From Chrysomallon squamiferum (taxonomy: Eukaryota; Animalia; Mollusca), in the NCBI GenBank assembly GCA_012295275.1, contig CM022668.1:6634001-6698000 (forward strand): a DNA stretch of 64,000 nucleotides, in the 5' to 3' direction. Below the pieces are notes generated by a model. It made no database searches. It saw nothing but the letters and a program-made list of their open reading frames with translations, and had not been told where the DNA came from. The translations under genes and the position numbers were made by a program. This document shows positions 15,448-37,900 of the stretch, one piece after another. Each line of letters opens with the position of its first letter. Position 1 is the stretch's first letter.

Positions 15448-15870
15448 CACCCCCATCTTTCTGTCTTTTTGACGTTGTTGACCATAACAAATACCAAAAC
15501 CATCGGCGCTGCTTTATTTAGAAACATCTCTGTATTTATAATTTCGATTTGAGGACACGTAATGACTATGTGGGCATCAGATTACTGACCACAGCTAACG
15601 AAGCAGATATTCTGTTCACTAATTTAATTCAAATGCTCAGCCGCATTATTCTGGCGAATTTTTATTTTCAAAATGAATCAGGCTGGCCTTACGGAAAAGG
15701 CCTTTTATTTCAAAATCTAAAAATCAGTGGAAGTTCCAATCTTCTCCAATCCTTCCATTTCCAGTTTTCTTATATTCCACATGATTTTAATCTTTTTTTT
15801 TTTTTTTTTTTTGAATTCTACCGTAATAATATCAGATTATTTGAAATACCATACCGCTTCAGTTCTGGTG

Positions 15871-15903
<33 letters not shown>

Positions 15904-15984
15904 TAAAGAAAACGATAATAAAACGCATCCTGCATTGTCTCACATCGTACACAGAACAAAGCTTTTAAAACAAGCTCGCTTCTC

Positions 15985-16221
15985 ATTGGTCGATGGCAGG
16001 CACCGCGCCCACGGTTTTGTACTTTCCTCCTTTATAATACGACGCACCGCAGATGATCAATAGTCTGCAGATTAAGCATCTATCAAGATCTTGTTCAAAA
16101 TATATTTATTCAGAAACAGATGAAGGAAGAAGACAAGATTTAACATTTTTCAAAAAGGATAAATTTATTTTTAAGAAAGGAAGTTAGAAAATCTTGAACG
16201 AAGAATACTAGTTTAAAAAAG
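15985..16221 (+). promoter_or_regulatory. Candidate proximal promoter and non-coding alternative first exon of gene A
   Basis: ATTGG (CCAAT box) at 15985, a CpG-rich patch, TTTATAAT at ~16031-16038 and a strong donor AAG|GTATGT after 16221. ATGs inside the exon are closed by stops. Confidence 0.45.
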
Positions 16222-16296
16222 GTATGTTTAGTGTGTTTGTCTTAATGTTGATAATGATGTTAGTGACGATTATTATTATTATTATTATTTTAATTT

Positions 16297-16343
<47 letters not shown>

Positions 16344-16921
16344 AGCAGGTTTATTATAATTAACGTAGATTATAAATATTTCAGCTTTAGATAAATATAA
16401 ATTAAATTAAACAAATTAAAACAGTAAAAAAAAATATATATAAAGAAAAAATTAAAAGAGAGGAATAAACAAATAAACATTAAATATGTTTTCAAGATTA
16501 CAGATAACTGAATAGATTTGTAATTATTATAAAACAGTCAACATATAAATTGTCTCTTAGAAAATGAAAATTTGACCAGAATGAGTGTGTATAGTTCTTA
16601 TACATGTATATTAAACCTTATTCCTCATAATGCCGCCCGTTACAATTTTTCTCATTATTTGGGTTACTTAAAAATACGCTGATGTTATTTCTTTCTTTCT
16701 TTCTTTCTTTAATTTCTTTAATGTTTTATAAGTGTTTTAATTTTTGAAGGTATTTGTATATTGCGCGTGCATGTTTGTATGCATTGGAGTATGTATGTCT
16801 TTACATATGTGTGTGTGTGTGTGTGTTTATGTATATATGTATGTAGATATGTATGTATGTTTGTATGTATGTAATTGCATATGCAGGTATCGTGTACATA
16901 GGTATGTACCTATCTAACTGT

Positions 16922-16992
<71 letters not shown>

Positions 16993-17277
16993 GATTTCAT
17001 AAATGACATCAATATAGCTACTACTATACACATATTCAGCTCCCAGACATTTGAAGCATGTTTACTACCACGTAACTAATTGCTTTCGTTTAACGATGTT
17101 TTATGACTAATAATGAAGAAAATAAGCTGCACTGAGCTCTGCAACTCTGGAATAAAATCGAGTAATAAAGCAATCAAGGAAAAAATATTTGAGTAATAAA
17201 ATACACCGATGATGACTGTTAGCGCCAGTGACACAACGCGATAGTATAACAGAACTCATTCAGAAAACGAAAACCGG

Positions 17278-17309
<32 letters not shown>

Positions 17310-17429
17310 ATTGTTAGATATGTATATGGTGATTTTGTGTGTTAAACACTGTTTTCTTTCTTTCTTTTATTTTTTATTATTTACAAAACACATTTTCATA
17401 AACAAATTCAATCATTAATTATTGTTCAG

Positions 17430-17547
<118 letters not shown>

Positions 17548-17981
17548 TTTTCTCTGTCTTATTATTTCAGTGGGGCACTGTTTGGAACGAGACAAATATT
17601 ATATAAAACCATATATAAAACCATCTGTCTAAAGTTTCTAGGATATATATAAAAGTAAATTAAGGTGGAAGATGAAGTAATAAAGAATGATGAAAGAGGA
17701 GTAAAGGTCACCATGAAATCGTTAACGACTGAAAGAAGCAGAGAAAGTTACGCAGTAATTCTGACGTCATTAATTCCGTCTTAGTTTTAATTACACGTAA
17801 TCACGACATTAGCTTATCAAAAAATCTTTACTGGGTTTATTTCTAGCGTAATTTACTAGATGTAATAGAAAAAAGGATGTTTAAAAAAAAGAAAAAAAGG
17901 AAATTAATTAGCTCACTATTTTGAAACTGATCGTATTTTCTGTAAAGATTTTCTAAAATAATCGCAGTCAGTATTAATTTT

Positions 17982-18069
<88 letters not shown>

Positions 18070-18163
18070 GTTTATATAATGGTAACAAAATATAAACTAC
18101 TGATGTCATAATCATTTATTCATTATTGCAGATTACAATATTAATTTTCTTCTATACTTTCAG

Positions 18164-19382
18164 GCTAATGGAGAGACCAGGTTTGGAATCAGGGAGAGGC
18201 AAACGTCCTTCAACTTGGTTGCGTGACGTCAAGAAACAACATCACGCAGAGTATCTCAGACGTCTGGCTGAACTGCGAGACGACCTCATTGGTCAGGAGA
18301 AATCAAACCTAGCGCATGCGCTGGAGAGACTGCGCCTGTCCTCGATAACTAATTCCGACAGCGTGTACCGACTGCGGCTGCGCGATGGAAGATCGTTTCC
18401 GCAACCGAGACGTCAGATGCTGACGACGTCAGAGAGATTCAGACTGATGCGACCAGTGAAGCCTCCACCAACGTTGTTTCCTCTGCAAGGAAAACAAATC
18501 CTTGAGCCGAAAGACAACCGTGCCAACCGTACTGAAGAGAAGATGACGATTCCAGAAGCTGCTGTGATAAACAACACCGTCCAGACGAATTTACAGCGCC
18601 TCACTCAGCCAGTTCCCAGCATACCTAGTCTCGAAAGAAAAACAGCGAAAAGGACTGATCTGTTGTTAAACAACAAAACCACGAACAAACGAAAATCCAG
18701 GACTGTTCAGCAAACGTACTTCAACGCTCTGTCGCAGAACTTCTCCTCCTCCTCTAAAACCAGTGACGTCACTAATCTACGTCCTGAAGCGTTCAGGCTG
18801 GACTCGCTGACTTCAGGCGATCGTCTGGAGGAAGACAAGCTGAGAAAGTTTTACTGTGTTTACTACATTCCCCCGACAATCAGCTCTCAGAGAAGCATGA
18901 ACAAGACTTTTCCGAGGACGTTCAAAAAGCAGCCGACATCCTGCAGGCGTCTGGGCACCGACCGTTCCTTAACGACCCTGGAGCTCACCAAAACCAGAAT
19001 CGACTGCCCGAGGGAGCGGTCCAGACTCCCCGTGGTACCGGCGATACAGAGAAACCCGACATCGGTTATTTCTTTTAGCTTCAACGATCAGCCTGTTAAC
19101 GAAATAGAAAACGTTTCTGAGCGGGAAGAAACGACGAGCGGAGGACGGTTATCAAAGAAACACATCCGGGTCGACATGCCGACGATTATCTGCAACTGTC
19201 CAACTCCAGACTGCAGGGAGAGAGAAGACGATGCTGTGGACGCCGTGAGTCTCAGCAAAATGTACAAACAGAGCGAAATTCGACAACGAGAACTGAGAAA
19301 CCTGTTCGAGGATGTCAGGGAACTGAACATGAGAACGGACACTTTGACTCAGTTAGAGCAGATTTATGTGGAAAACGACTAA
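18164..19382 (+). CDS. Gene A main/terminal coding exon: uncharacterised basic, Arg/Ser/Thr-rich, probably disordered protein with helical/coiled-coil-like ends (404 aa from ATG 18168, 439 aa with exon 7247-7347)
   Basis: 1.2-kb stop-free, GC-elevated, non-repetitive ORF in AT-rich DNA. Polypyrimidine tract plus CAG acceptor at 18161-18163, TAA at 19380-19382 and ATTAAA at ~19511. No domain recognised. Confidence 0.85.
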
Positions 19383-19659
19383 CTCTAAAACTCGTATGTA
19401 TTTCAGTAACATGTTAATAACAGTATTATTAATGTGATATTCATTATTTCACTATTGGATGTTGACACTTTAGCTTAGAAGTTGTTAAAATGAAGTCCAG
19501 ATGTCTGTCAATTAAATTAAATATGAACGTTCACTTATGGATATGTTTAAATCGCGCGCACACGCACATAAACACACCTCCACAGACACATATATTCATA
19601 TAATACATACATACATACATACATACATACACACACACCTTTATGCACATTTATATACA

Positions 19660-19725
19660 CATACGGACATACAATATGCTCATTTACAGTCACGTACATT
19701 AACACAACTGTATTAGAAACGCACA
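19660..19725 (-). repeat. Short dispersed repeat beside (CA)n, with an inverted second copy at 24231-24294
   Basis: catacggacatacaatatgctca...acaactgtattagaaacgca is the near reverse complement of tgcgtttccaatacagttgt...gagcatattgtatgtccgtatg. Confidence 0.7.
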
Positions 19726-20154
19726 CACAAAGACACACACACACACAGACACACACACACACAGATACACAAACACGTTCACACAGTTGCTGATTCGATG
19801 TTCTGTTTTGTTACGGAAAGATAATCCATGTTTTACGATTAACTGATGGGAAATAACTGACTAGTAATTAGTACTTCCAAAGTTATCTTCTCTTCAGTGA
19901 TAGGAAAAAACTATTTTCTCCATCGCAGCATTGTCACTAGAAGAATGTTTTATTAAACACTATGGCACGTGCTCCTTTATCTGTAAGTGAAGTTTGAAAT
20001 ATTCTTTGTTCACGTTTTTTTCCTCTGTTTTTTCGTTCTACAATTTACAAGTGTCACAAATGTTAACTAATAATTGTTAAAATTACCGTTTTTGAGATGT
20101 TGAATAAATATTTATTATGTTAGAGTTGTTTCAGAAGGCGATGCAATATAGTAT

Positions 20155-20185
<31 letters not shown>

Positions 20186-20487
20186 TTTGTTTGTTTGTTT
20201 GTTTGTTCCTTTTATCGTTTATTTGCTTTTTTATGTATGAATTTATTTCGTTGTTAAATTTACCTACTGTTTTCCTTATGCTTAACCTTAAATATGTTAT
20301 TTCTAAATTTAATAGAATATTTCTTAAATTGTTACTTGAATCAGTCATTCATTGTACAACTTTAGGAAAACAACGCCATAAATGATCAAATATGACTAAC
20401 AACAAGACTACAAGCCTAGAAATATTTATTTTGTTTAAAGATGGAAGAAATGAAGACTAACATCTAATTGGAAGATCATTCTCAAGA

Positions 20488-20650
<163 letters not shown>

Positions 20651-21243
20651 TCTCTTCATTTATATGGATGAATGAAACTATATTTTCATATATGGTAAAA
20701 TAATGCTCTTGTAGTTGATAATTTGAAAACCAAATATTTCAAGTCATGAATTTTTTTTTATAGCCTCTTTTTACATAGAGTGACTAGCCTATCAACACAC
20801 ACACAATCAAACGCAGACACTCACAAACACACATGCACGCACACACACACAACTATACAAACACATATACACTCACTCAAACATTAACACGTGATTTTAC
20901 ATTCATACATACACGTTCGCTTATCTGTGTGTGTATTTTACCAGCTGCAGTATTAATAATTTAATTTATGTCTGTGTGAGTTTATCTCTGTTGTATGTTA
21001 CTTATTTCTGGTAATAAATGTTTCACGGGAAATATTTGCCTGTTACGTAATATTTTCATCTAAGCATGGATAGAATCAATAAAACTTGCTTTATAAAATC
21101 GTTCCGTATATTCACATAATTAAATTGTTTCCGATAATCTATGAATTCTCAAAAAGGAAAAAGAAAAGAAATAATAATAATAATAATGATGATGATGAAG
21201 ATGATGATAATGATGATGATAATAATAGTAATAATAATAATAA

Positions 21244-21274
<31 letters not shown>

Positions 21275-21620
21275 ATGAAAATAAGCCTATAGCATTCTAA
21301 CATTTCCGTCTTCTGCATGAATCAAGCCAAATCAATGGAATTTCTTTTTCTTTCACAAACAGTTATAAGGGATTCGATATAAAGTCAGCTTTTACCACCA
21401 AACAAAATCTGATTCATTTAAAATTTACATCACTGGATATTTGTCTACTCAGGTTTTCAGATGTTGCCTAACATGAATTTCCTCATGGACAATAATTATG
21501 GAATTCCATATTCTCATATTCCGGAATGATAATAATTATTTTGTCCATCATCTTTTTCGAGTCACATCCAGGAAATATCCATAATATAATTATTTGGAAG
21601 AGTTCTTTAGGACTGCCAAA

Positions 21621-22860
21621 GGTCATTCGGTGTCAAAGCACCCAATGGGTTAAACCCGACCGTCTCAGATTTTTTATGAAACTTGGTATACTTGTTGATT
21701 GGGATCCCACAGCACCAAATAATAAATTTTAGGCCAATCGGACCAGTGGTTTGGGAGATATGCCCCCCCCCCGAATTTGGAGGTTTTTGGCCAAAATGGG
21801 CGTGACCACCAGCCTTTGAACTATCATATCTCAGGAACTCCTGGACCAATCTTCATAACATTGGTATTGTTGGAAAGGCAATTTAATAAGGTTGGGTGTA
21901 CACTGACCTTTTGAACTTTGTTATGACGTTGAAATTTAATCTCCCACATGTTAACTAAAACCTATAAAAGTTTCAGAGGTGTAATATTCTTTGTTTAGCA
22001 GCAATACACATTCAGAAATTGCATCTCCATGATGCCAGGAGCCTAGAGGGAGTTATGATAGTAACAGCAAAAAACTAGACGTATCTACTAGGATCAAACG
22101 ACAATAGTGTCAGTAGAAGAAGATGTAGTATTAGTAGAAATAGTTAAGAACAAAAGGTAGTGGGAATAGACAGAGTAGTAGAAGAATGAGTAGTAGAAAC
22201 TTATAATTGCCACATGCTCAATGGGGATTTCACCAGGGGACTTCAAGGAGTTCCCGACATGCCTGAAGCCACACTTCCTGTCAACTCTTTGGTCCTGACT
22301 GTGTAGACACATGTTATGCCATTTGGCATCTTTTCACATCCTTCAGGCATGTCAGGTGGATTTTGACTCCAAAGACGAGTTTTGGGTCTCAGAGAAGAAA
22401 ATGTACTTTGTAATGCATTGTGTCAATCATCCGTGCAGGAATGCAGTTTTTGAATGTGTATTGCTGCTAAACAAAGAACATTACACCACTGAAACTTTTA
22501 TATGTTTTAGTTAACATGTGGGAGATTAAATTTCAAGAAAGGTCATCTCAAGGTCACATGATCTACAAGGTCAATTTCAAGGTCATAACAAAGGTCAAAA
22601 GGTCAGTGTACTCCAACCTTCCCCAAACTAACAATAATGGCAGATTTGGAAACCTTATCATATTGCCTTTCCAAAAATATTCGTGGGTGGGTGGGGCATA
22701 TCTCCCATACCACTAGTCCGATTCGCCTCAAATTTCAGATTTGGTGCTGTGGGATCCCAAATAACAAGTACACCAAGTTTCATAAAAATCTGAATCGGTC
22801 GGATTTAAAATATTTTTTTCGGGGTAGTGGGGTAGTGGTGTGATTTGACTCGGAATGACC
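21621..22860. mobile_element. Non-autonomous DNA transposon / foldback element with long imperfect TIRs, 1240 bp
   Basis: Ends are GGTCATTCGGTGTCAAA and TTTGACTCGGAATGACC. Inverted similarity extends ~350-400 bp (e.g. gggatcccacagcaccaaat / atttggtgctgtgggatccc). No clear TSD and no transposase ORF. Superfamily not assigned. Confidence 0.85.
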
Positions 22861-22963
22861 GCCCCCCCCCCCAAACACTATGCAAATATCATCTTAAAGA
22901 AGATTAGTGTCCACTTGTTATCAGGAGACCGTGTTGTTGGCTAGCACTGTGCTGAAGATCAAC

Positions 22964-29355
<6,392 letters not shown>

Positions 29356-30046
29356 CGTCAATCTGTTTTTGTTTTTGTTGTTTTTGTTTCTTCTTCACCT
29401 TTTCATAGTTTGTTTCACGTTAATGGTTTTCTGAGGGTTTTCTTCAATAATAAAGACAAATAAAATGCTTTGTTTGCTTTCAGTAATGTAAACTGAGATA
29501 TGAGAGCGAGAACCATATATAAATATGTTGTCTGCGTGTCTGTGTATGTATGTATATGTGTGTGTATGTGTGTATGTATGTATGTGTGTGTGTATGTATG
29601 TGTGTGTGTATGTATGTATGGGTGTATATATGTGTATGTATGTATGTATGTATTTATGTATGCGTGTATGTATGTATGTATATGTGTGTGTGTTTATGAG
29701 CGAGTATATATGTGTATATATGCGTGTGTGAGTGAGTGTGTAAACTCATATAAATACGCATATATAATAATAACAAAGAGAACTATTGAAATACGCAAAC
29801 ACTGGCGTAGATGCGTTCGAGTGGGTGATCTTAGCTTATAGTCACTGTGGAATTGAAGACACACACTCACGCACCCACCGACCTCCCCACCACACACACA
29901 TCCACATAATATAACCTATTTAATGAAAAGTTCGACACTATACATACTGACAGTTATAGATAACCACAACTGATAAAACACCATTAACCACTGCGTTCAA
30001 AGATTATCATTTAATTAATGACTGGTTCGACTGATGATATACTTAC

Positions 30047-30474
30047 AAGACAAAGATAATACAGATAGTTCAGTGTTTTCTGCCCAAAATGTCCAATTTG
30101 AATTCTTTTGACGTCAGAAAGTTAGTTCATCATGAAATGAAGTTGAACAATATTCCCAGAAAGAAAAAAAAAACCCAATAAAAATAATAATGATAATAAA
30201 TTAAATTATTATTAAATTGAACAGACACAGACACACAAATAAATAAATATGTAAATAAAACGGAAAGCGAAATGAATTGTTTGCAAAGCCTTACTTCTTA
30301 TTTATGACGTCATATTTAAATCATTGCATCATGAATAATCGTCTAGTTAGAAAAGTAGCTTAGCCGATATAAATCAAATAAATAAATAAACAAATAAATA
30401 AATAAATACAAAAAAATATATATAAAGAAAGATAATAAGTAAATAAACAAAAAACAAACAAATAAATAAACGGC

Positions 30475-30517
<43 letters not shown>

Positions 30518-30668
30518 TTAAATATGCTTATGACCGCAAGACAGCTGATGGTCGCTGACGTAATGGTAGAACTTATGACGTCGTAATTTCAAAATGGAAC
30601 TTTTTGCTTTTAGCTATAAAAGAAACATTATAACTAGCTAGTTATAGAGCAGTTGCAGAACTTAAAAG
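30047..30668. promoter_or_regulatory. Candidate bidirectional promoter between genes B (-) and C (+), with CRE/ATF sites
   Basis: TGACGTCA at 30109 and 30305, TGACGTAA at 30556, TGACGTCG at 30576, TATAAAA at 30615. Donor GTAAGT on - at 30046 and AAG|GTATAG on + after 30668. Confidence 0.55.
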
Positions 30669-30918
30669 GTATAGTCTATTGTTACTTAGTTATTATTGTT
30701 ACTGTTTTGTTGTTGTTGTTGACCGTGAATATTTTGTTATTGTTATTGGTGATATTTATTTATTTATTTATTTATTCTTTAAACAACTAGTTATATCCAG
30801 TAAATGCCATTATCATTTTTATTACTGTGTTGTTATTGTTGTTGTTGTTATTATTTATTTATTTATTTATTCATTTATTTATTTATTCATTTGTTTACTT
30901 TTTCTAATTTCTTACATT

Positions 30919-30961
<43 letters not shown>

Positions 30962-31409
30962 CACTACTAGTATTATTATTATTATTAGTGTTGTTGTTGT
31001 TGTGGTTATTATATTCTTTTTAATATGTTTTATCTTTCTGAATTTGTATTTAAAACAATTTTTTTGCATGAAAACATTTTTTAAGAATTGCTATATCCTA
31101 CTTCTTTATTCAGTATATTGCAACAACTTAAAATCAACTTAAAATCTCTTTCTGTTGATGATGATATATATTAACAACGACGACGACAACAAGAACAAGA
31201 ACAATAACAACAACAGCAACAACAACAACAATAATAAAACTATTATTGCTACTTTTACTACAACTGTTATTATAACGAACACTACTACTACTACTACTGT
31301 TGCTACTATTACTAACAGCAACAACAACAACAACAATAATAATAATAATAATTTAAGATCAAGTCAGTTTTATTGAAATTACTTTAGTTCACATAAATAC
31401 TTTTTACAT

Positions 31410-31790
31410 TAATAGTTTCAGTTTCTTTAGTTTGTGTAAATAAGTTTTATGTCAGTAGTTTCATTTTCCCTGGTTTATATAAATACGTTTTATAATCAAC
31501 AGTTTTTCTGGATTATATAAATAAGTTTTATATCAATAGTTTCATTTTCCCTGGTTTATGTGAATACGTTTTATAATCAATAGTTTTTCTGGATTATATA
31601 AATAACTTTTATATCAATAGTTTCAATTTCTCCTAGTTTATGTGAATACCAATATCAATAGTTTCAATTTCTATAATTTACGTAAACAATTTTATACTGA
31701 TGGTTTCAATTTCTCTAGTTTTATGTAAATTAATTTTGTATAAATAGTTTCAGTTTCTGTGGTTTATGTAAATAACTGTTGTATAAGTCA
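31410..31790. repeat. Degenerate ~40-bp minisatellite in gene C intron 1
   Basis: Units like tcaatagtttcattttccctggtttatgtaaataagttttata repeat about 9 times with alternating variants. Confidence 0.75.
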
Positions 31791-31878
31791 GTTTTCCTTA
31801 CAGCAGTCATGTTGTGTCGATCAGCGGCACAGAATGCATAGTCGAATATATTTTCGTTCCAGGCTGTAAAATGAAGAA

Positions 31879-34902
<3,024 letters not shown>

Positions 34903-35039
34903 CGTGATTGTATGTGAAATTCAGATATGCGAAGATAATTATCATTCTTTAAGTGGCATTCTGTACAAATGTTGTTTTTGATTACTGAATCCGCCATTAC
35001 AGAATTTTGCTAGTGTACTCATTGGTGTTTCTAACGCTT

Positions 35040-35330
35040 TTCGTATCACTGTTTGAAAACGCGTACCCCTGTTCACACGCGTACTCCTAGCTGTATGCGT
35101 ACCACTGTTTGAAAATGCGTATTCCTAGCTGTAAGCGTATCACTATTTGAAAATACGTACTCCTAGCTGTATGCGTATCACTGTTTGAAAATGCGTATTC
35201 CTAGCTGTATGCGTATCACTGTTTGAAAACGCGTACCCCTGGTGACTACACGCGTACTCATAGCTGTATGCGTATCACTGTTTGAAAATGCGTATTCCTA
35301 GCTGTATGCGTATCACTGTTTGAAAACGCG
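35040..35330. repeat. 38-bp minisatellite downstream of gene C (probable 3' UTR)
   Basis: gcgtatcactgtttgaaaatgcgtattcctagctgtat repeated about 7 times. Confidence 0.9.
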
Positions 35331-35914
35331 AGTGTTGTCAGTTGTTTGAAGAAGTACTTCAGTTCTATGGTGCAAACTGATGTTTTACAAAGACATAAAC
35401 ACGAAACAAGTTCAAGCACGTGTTTTGTACACACGAAGTTCAGCGTTCAGAAAACATTTATTAAGTGTTTTTTTACAAATTCCGTTTTATTCATATGTTT
35501 TACTCAGAAAAAGGAATCTTTGCTTTCACGTTTACAAATAATGTTCAAACGTTGGCTTTGTTCACAAACATAACTTAAGCTCTTTCTTTTACAAATAATG
35601 TTACAAGATAAACAGGAAGTCAGTTGTTTGCGTTTTTTTTACCTTAAAAGAAGATACATTTTAGAAAAGTCTGTTAAAAGACAAATTCTTTTTTGTTTTC
35701 TAAAGCTGAAAAACATGGACGAATGTCATTGAGAAAGAAAATAATTTTGCAAAACAAATTTGTAATAGTAGTTTGAGTTACTATTTTTTCTTTTTTCTGC
35801 ACGCTCATAAGGAGCGCACTGCAGACGGCAAACTGTTATTAGCCGAATAAGTAATTTTGTAGATAAACAATTTTCTGGTAAAACATTGTTGTCGTTTCTT
35901 ATAAACGTTTAGTG

Positions 35915-35973
<59 letters not shown>

Positions 35974-36072
35974 TAAAAAGGTAATAACACGAAAGACAGC
36001 AAGCAGATCATTAAAAGCAAAAACAACAATAACAACAATGACCACAACAAGATCAGTAATATAATCATAATC

Positions 36073-36160
<88 letters not shown>

Positions 36161-36464
36161 CCATCATAATAATAATAATATCAACAACAACTACCGGACG
36201 TATTCAGATACATGAAATTTATTATTAACGAAATTTGGTTTCAATAACAATAAGAAGTTTGGAATATACAAAATATATTTAGGCTGCTTCCAATGATTTC
36301 GGTAAAATTTAATAATAAAATAAAAATACTCAAAGTGCTATAAATACCGATCCATCAGTGAATACAATAAGCTTTTATTATAAAGATATTATATAAATAA
36401 ATAAATAAATTAATTAATTAATACGTAATAAATAAATAAATAAATCAATCAATCAATAAATACG

Positions 36465-36507
<43 letters not shown>

Positions 36508-37189
36508 GAAAACAAAATTCTCATACTTTGATTTAATTACACATATATTCTCATCCACCATGTAAACGGAAACACTAATATACACATAAACATTTATTTT
36601 CAACTATTAATTTAATTTTAACATTCATTTATAAATTATGCACTGACGTAAATATTTATTTGTATACATTATAGATTCATGAATAATTTACATTCAGTTA
36701 GTATCTTAAGTTACTTATATATAATCTAAATATACATTTTCAGGTACATATCCTTTATCAACGTTTGTCTAAGCATTTATTTATGAACTGTATAAACGTT
36801 TTCAACAACAAAGACACTTGAAACATTTATTTTCAACATATTTCAATCGAAACAATTGTTTATAAACTGTATTCACATTTTAATATTTATTTTCAACTAC
36901 TAATACATTTATTTATAAACAATATTTATTTTCAACAACTAATACAGTTATTTTATAAATAATGTATACATATACATATATATATTTATTTTCAATTACT
37001 AATACTTTTATTTATAAACAATGTATATACGTAACTATTTATTTTCAACAACTAATATTTATAAATAATGTACACGTGTAAATATTTATTTTCAATTAGT
37101 TTATCTAAGATATACAGATAATAAGGAAATAGTGTAGACTGAAAGAACTCTTAAATATAATGAGGTAACATTAATCATTATTACTTTTG

Positions 37190-37900
37190 GTTATCTCTCG
37201 TTAATACAGCCTCTTGTTTAAATAGATTGTCTTTATTTAATAGACCCTGTTTCATTAGATATTTCCTTTTCTATAATATACTCTGTTTATTTAGTAGATC
37301 CTCTTTCTTTTAAAGGTTATCTTTCTTTAAAATAACCTACTTAACAGATTATTTTTCTTTAATAGTAAATAGACTGTTTATTTAATAGACAGTGTCTCTT
37401 TGGTACTTTTTATTTAATAGAATTGCTTTTTCTATAACCTGTTTTTTTTTTAATAGATTCTCTTTATTTAATAGTCTCTCTTTCTTTACTAGACCTTGTT
37501 TCATTAATAGTTTTTCTTTACTAGATTACCTGTGTTAACAAATCCTATTTCTTCAGTATATTATCTTTCTTTAATTGAACCCGTTTATCGAATTGTTTAT
37601 ATTTCTTTAATTGAACCCGTTTATCGAATTGTTTATATTTCTTTAATTGAACCCGTTTATCGAATTGTTTATATTTCTTTAATAGGACCCGTTTGTCGAA
37701 TTATTTATGTTTCTTTAATTGAACCCGTTTATCCAATTGTTTATATTTCTTTAATTGAACCAGTTTATTTAATTTACTATGTTTCTTTAGGAGACCCTCC
37801 TTCTTTAATAGATGCTACTTCTTTAAGAGACTCCGTTTCTTTGATAGACTCCGTTTCTTTGATAGTTTCTCCTTCTTTAATAGACTGTGTTTCCTTAGCA
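37190..37900 (-). repeat. Degenerate 18/36-bp minisatellite spanning the end of the D1 CDS and its 3' UTR (copies at ~46010-46620 and ~56050-56680)
   Basis: tttctttaatagac / tttctttaattgaacccgtttatcgaattgtttata units, which encode KETESI-like hexapeptides on the - strand. Confidence 0.85.

Noticed and set aside
16053-16187. Short ATG ORFs in the candidate proximal exon of gene A
   Set aside because: They end in stops before the donor, so they are at most uORFs and not coding exons.
35040-35330. CRISPR-like appearance of regular 38-bp (and 24-, 36-bp) repeats
   Set aside because: No unique spacers, no cas genes, and a spliceosomal eukaryotic context. These are ordinary minisatellites.
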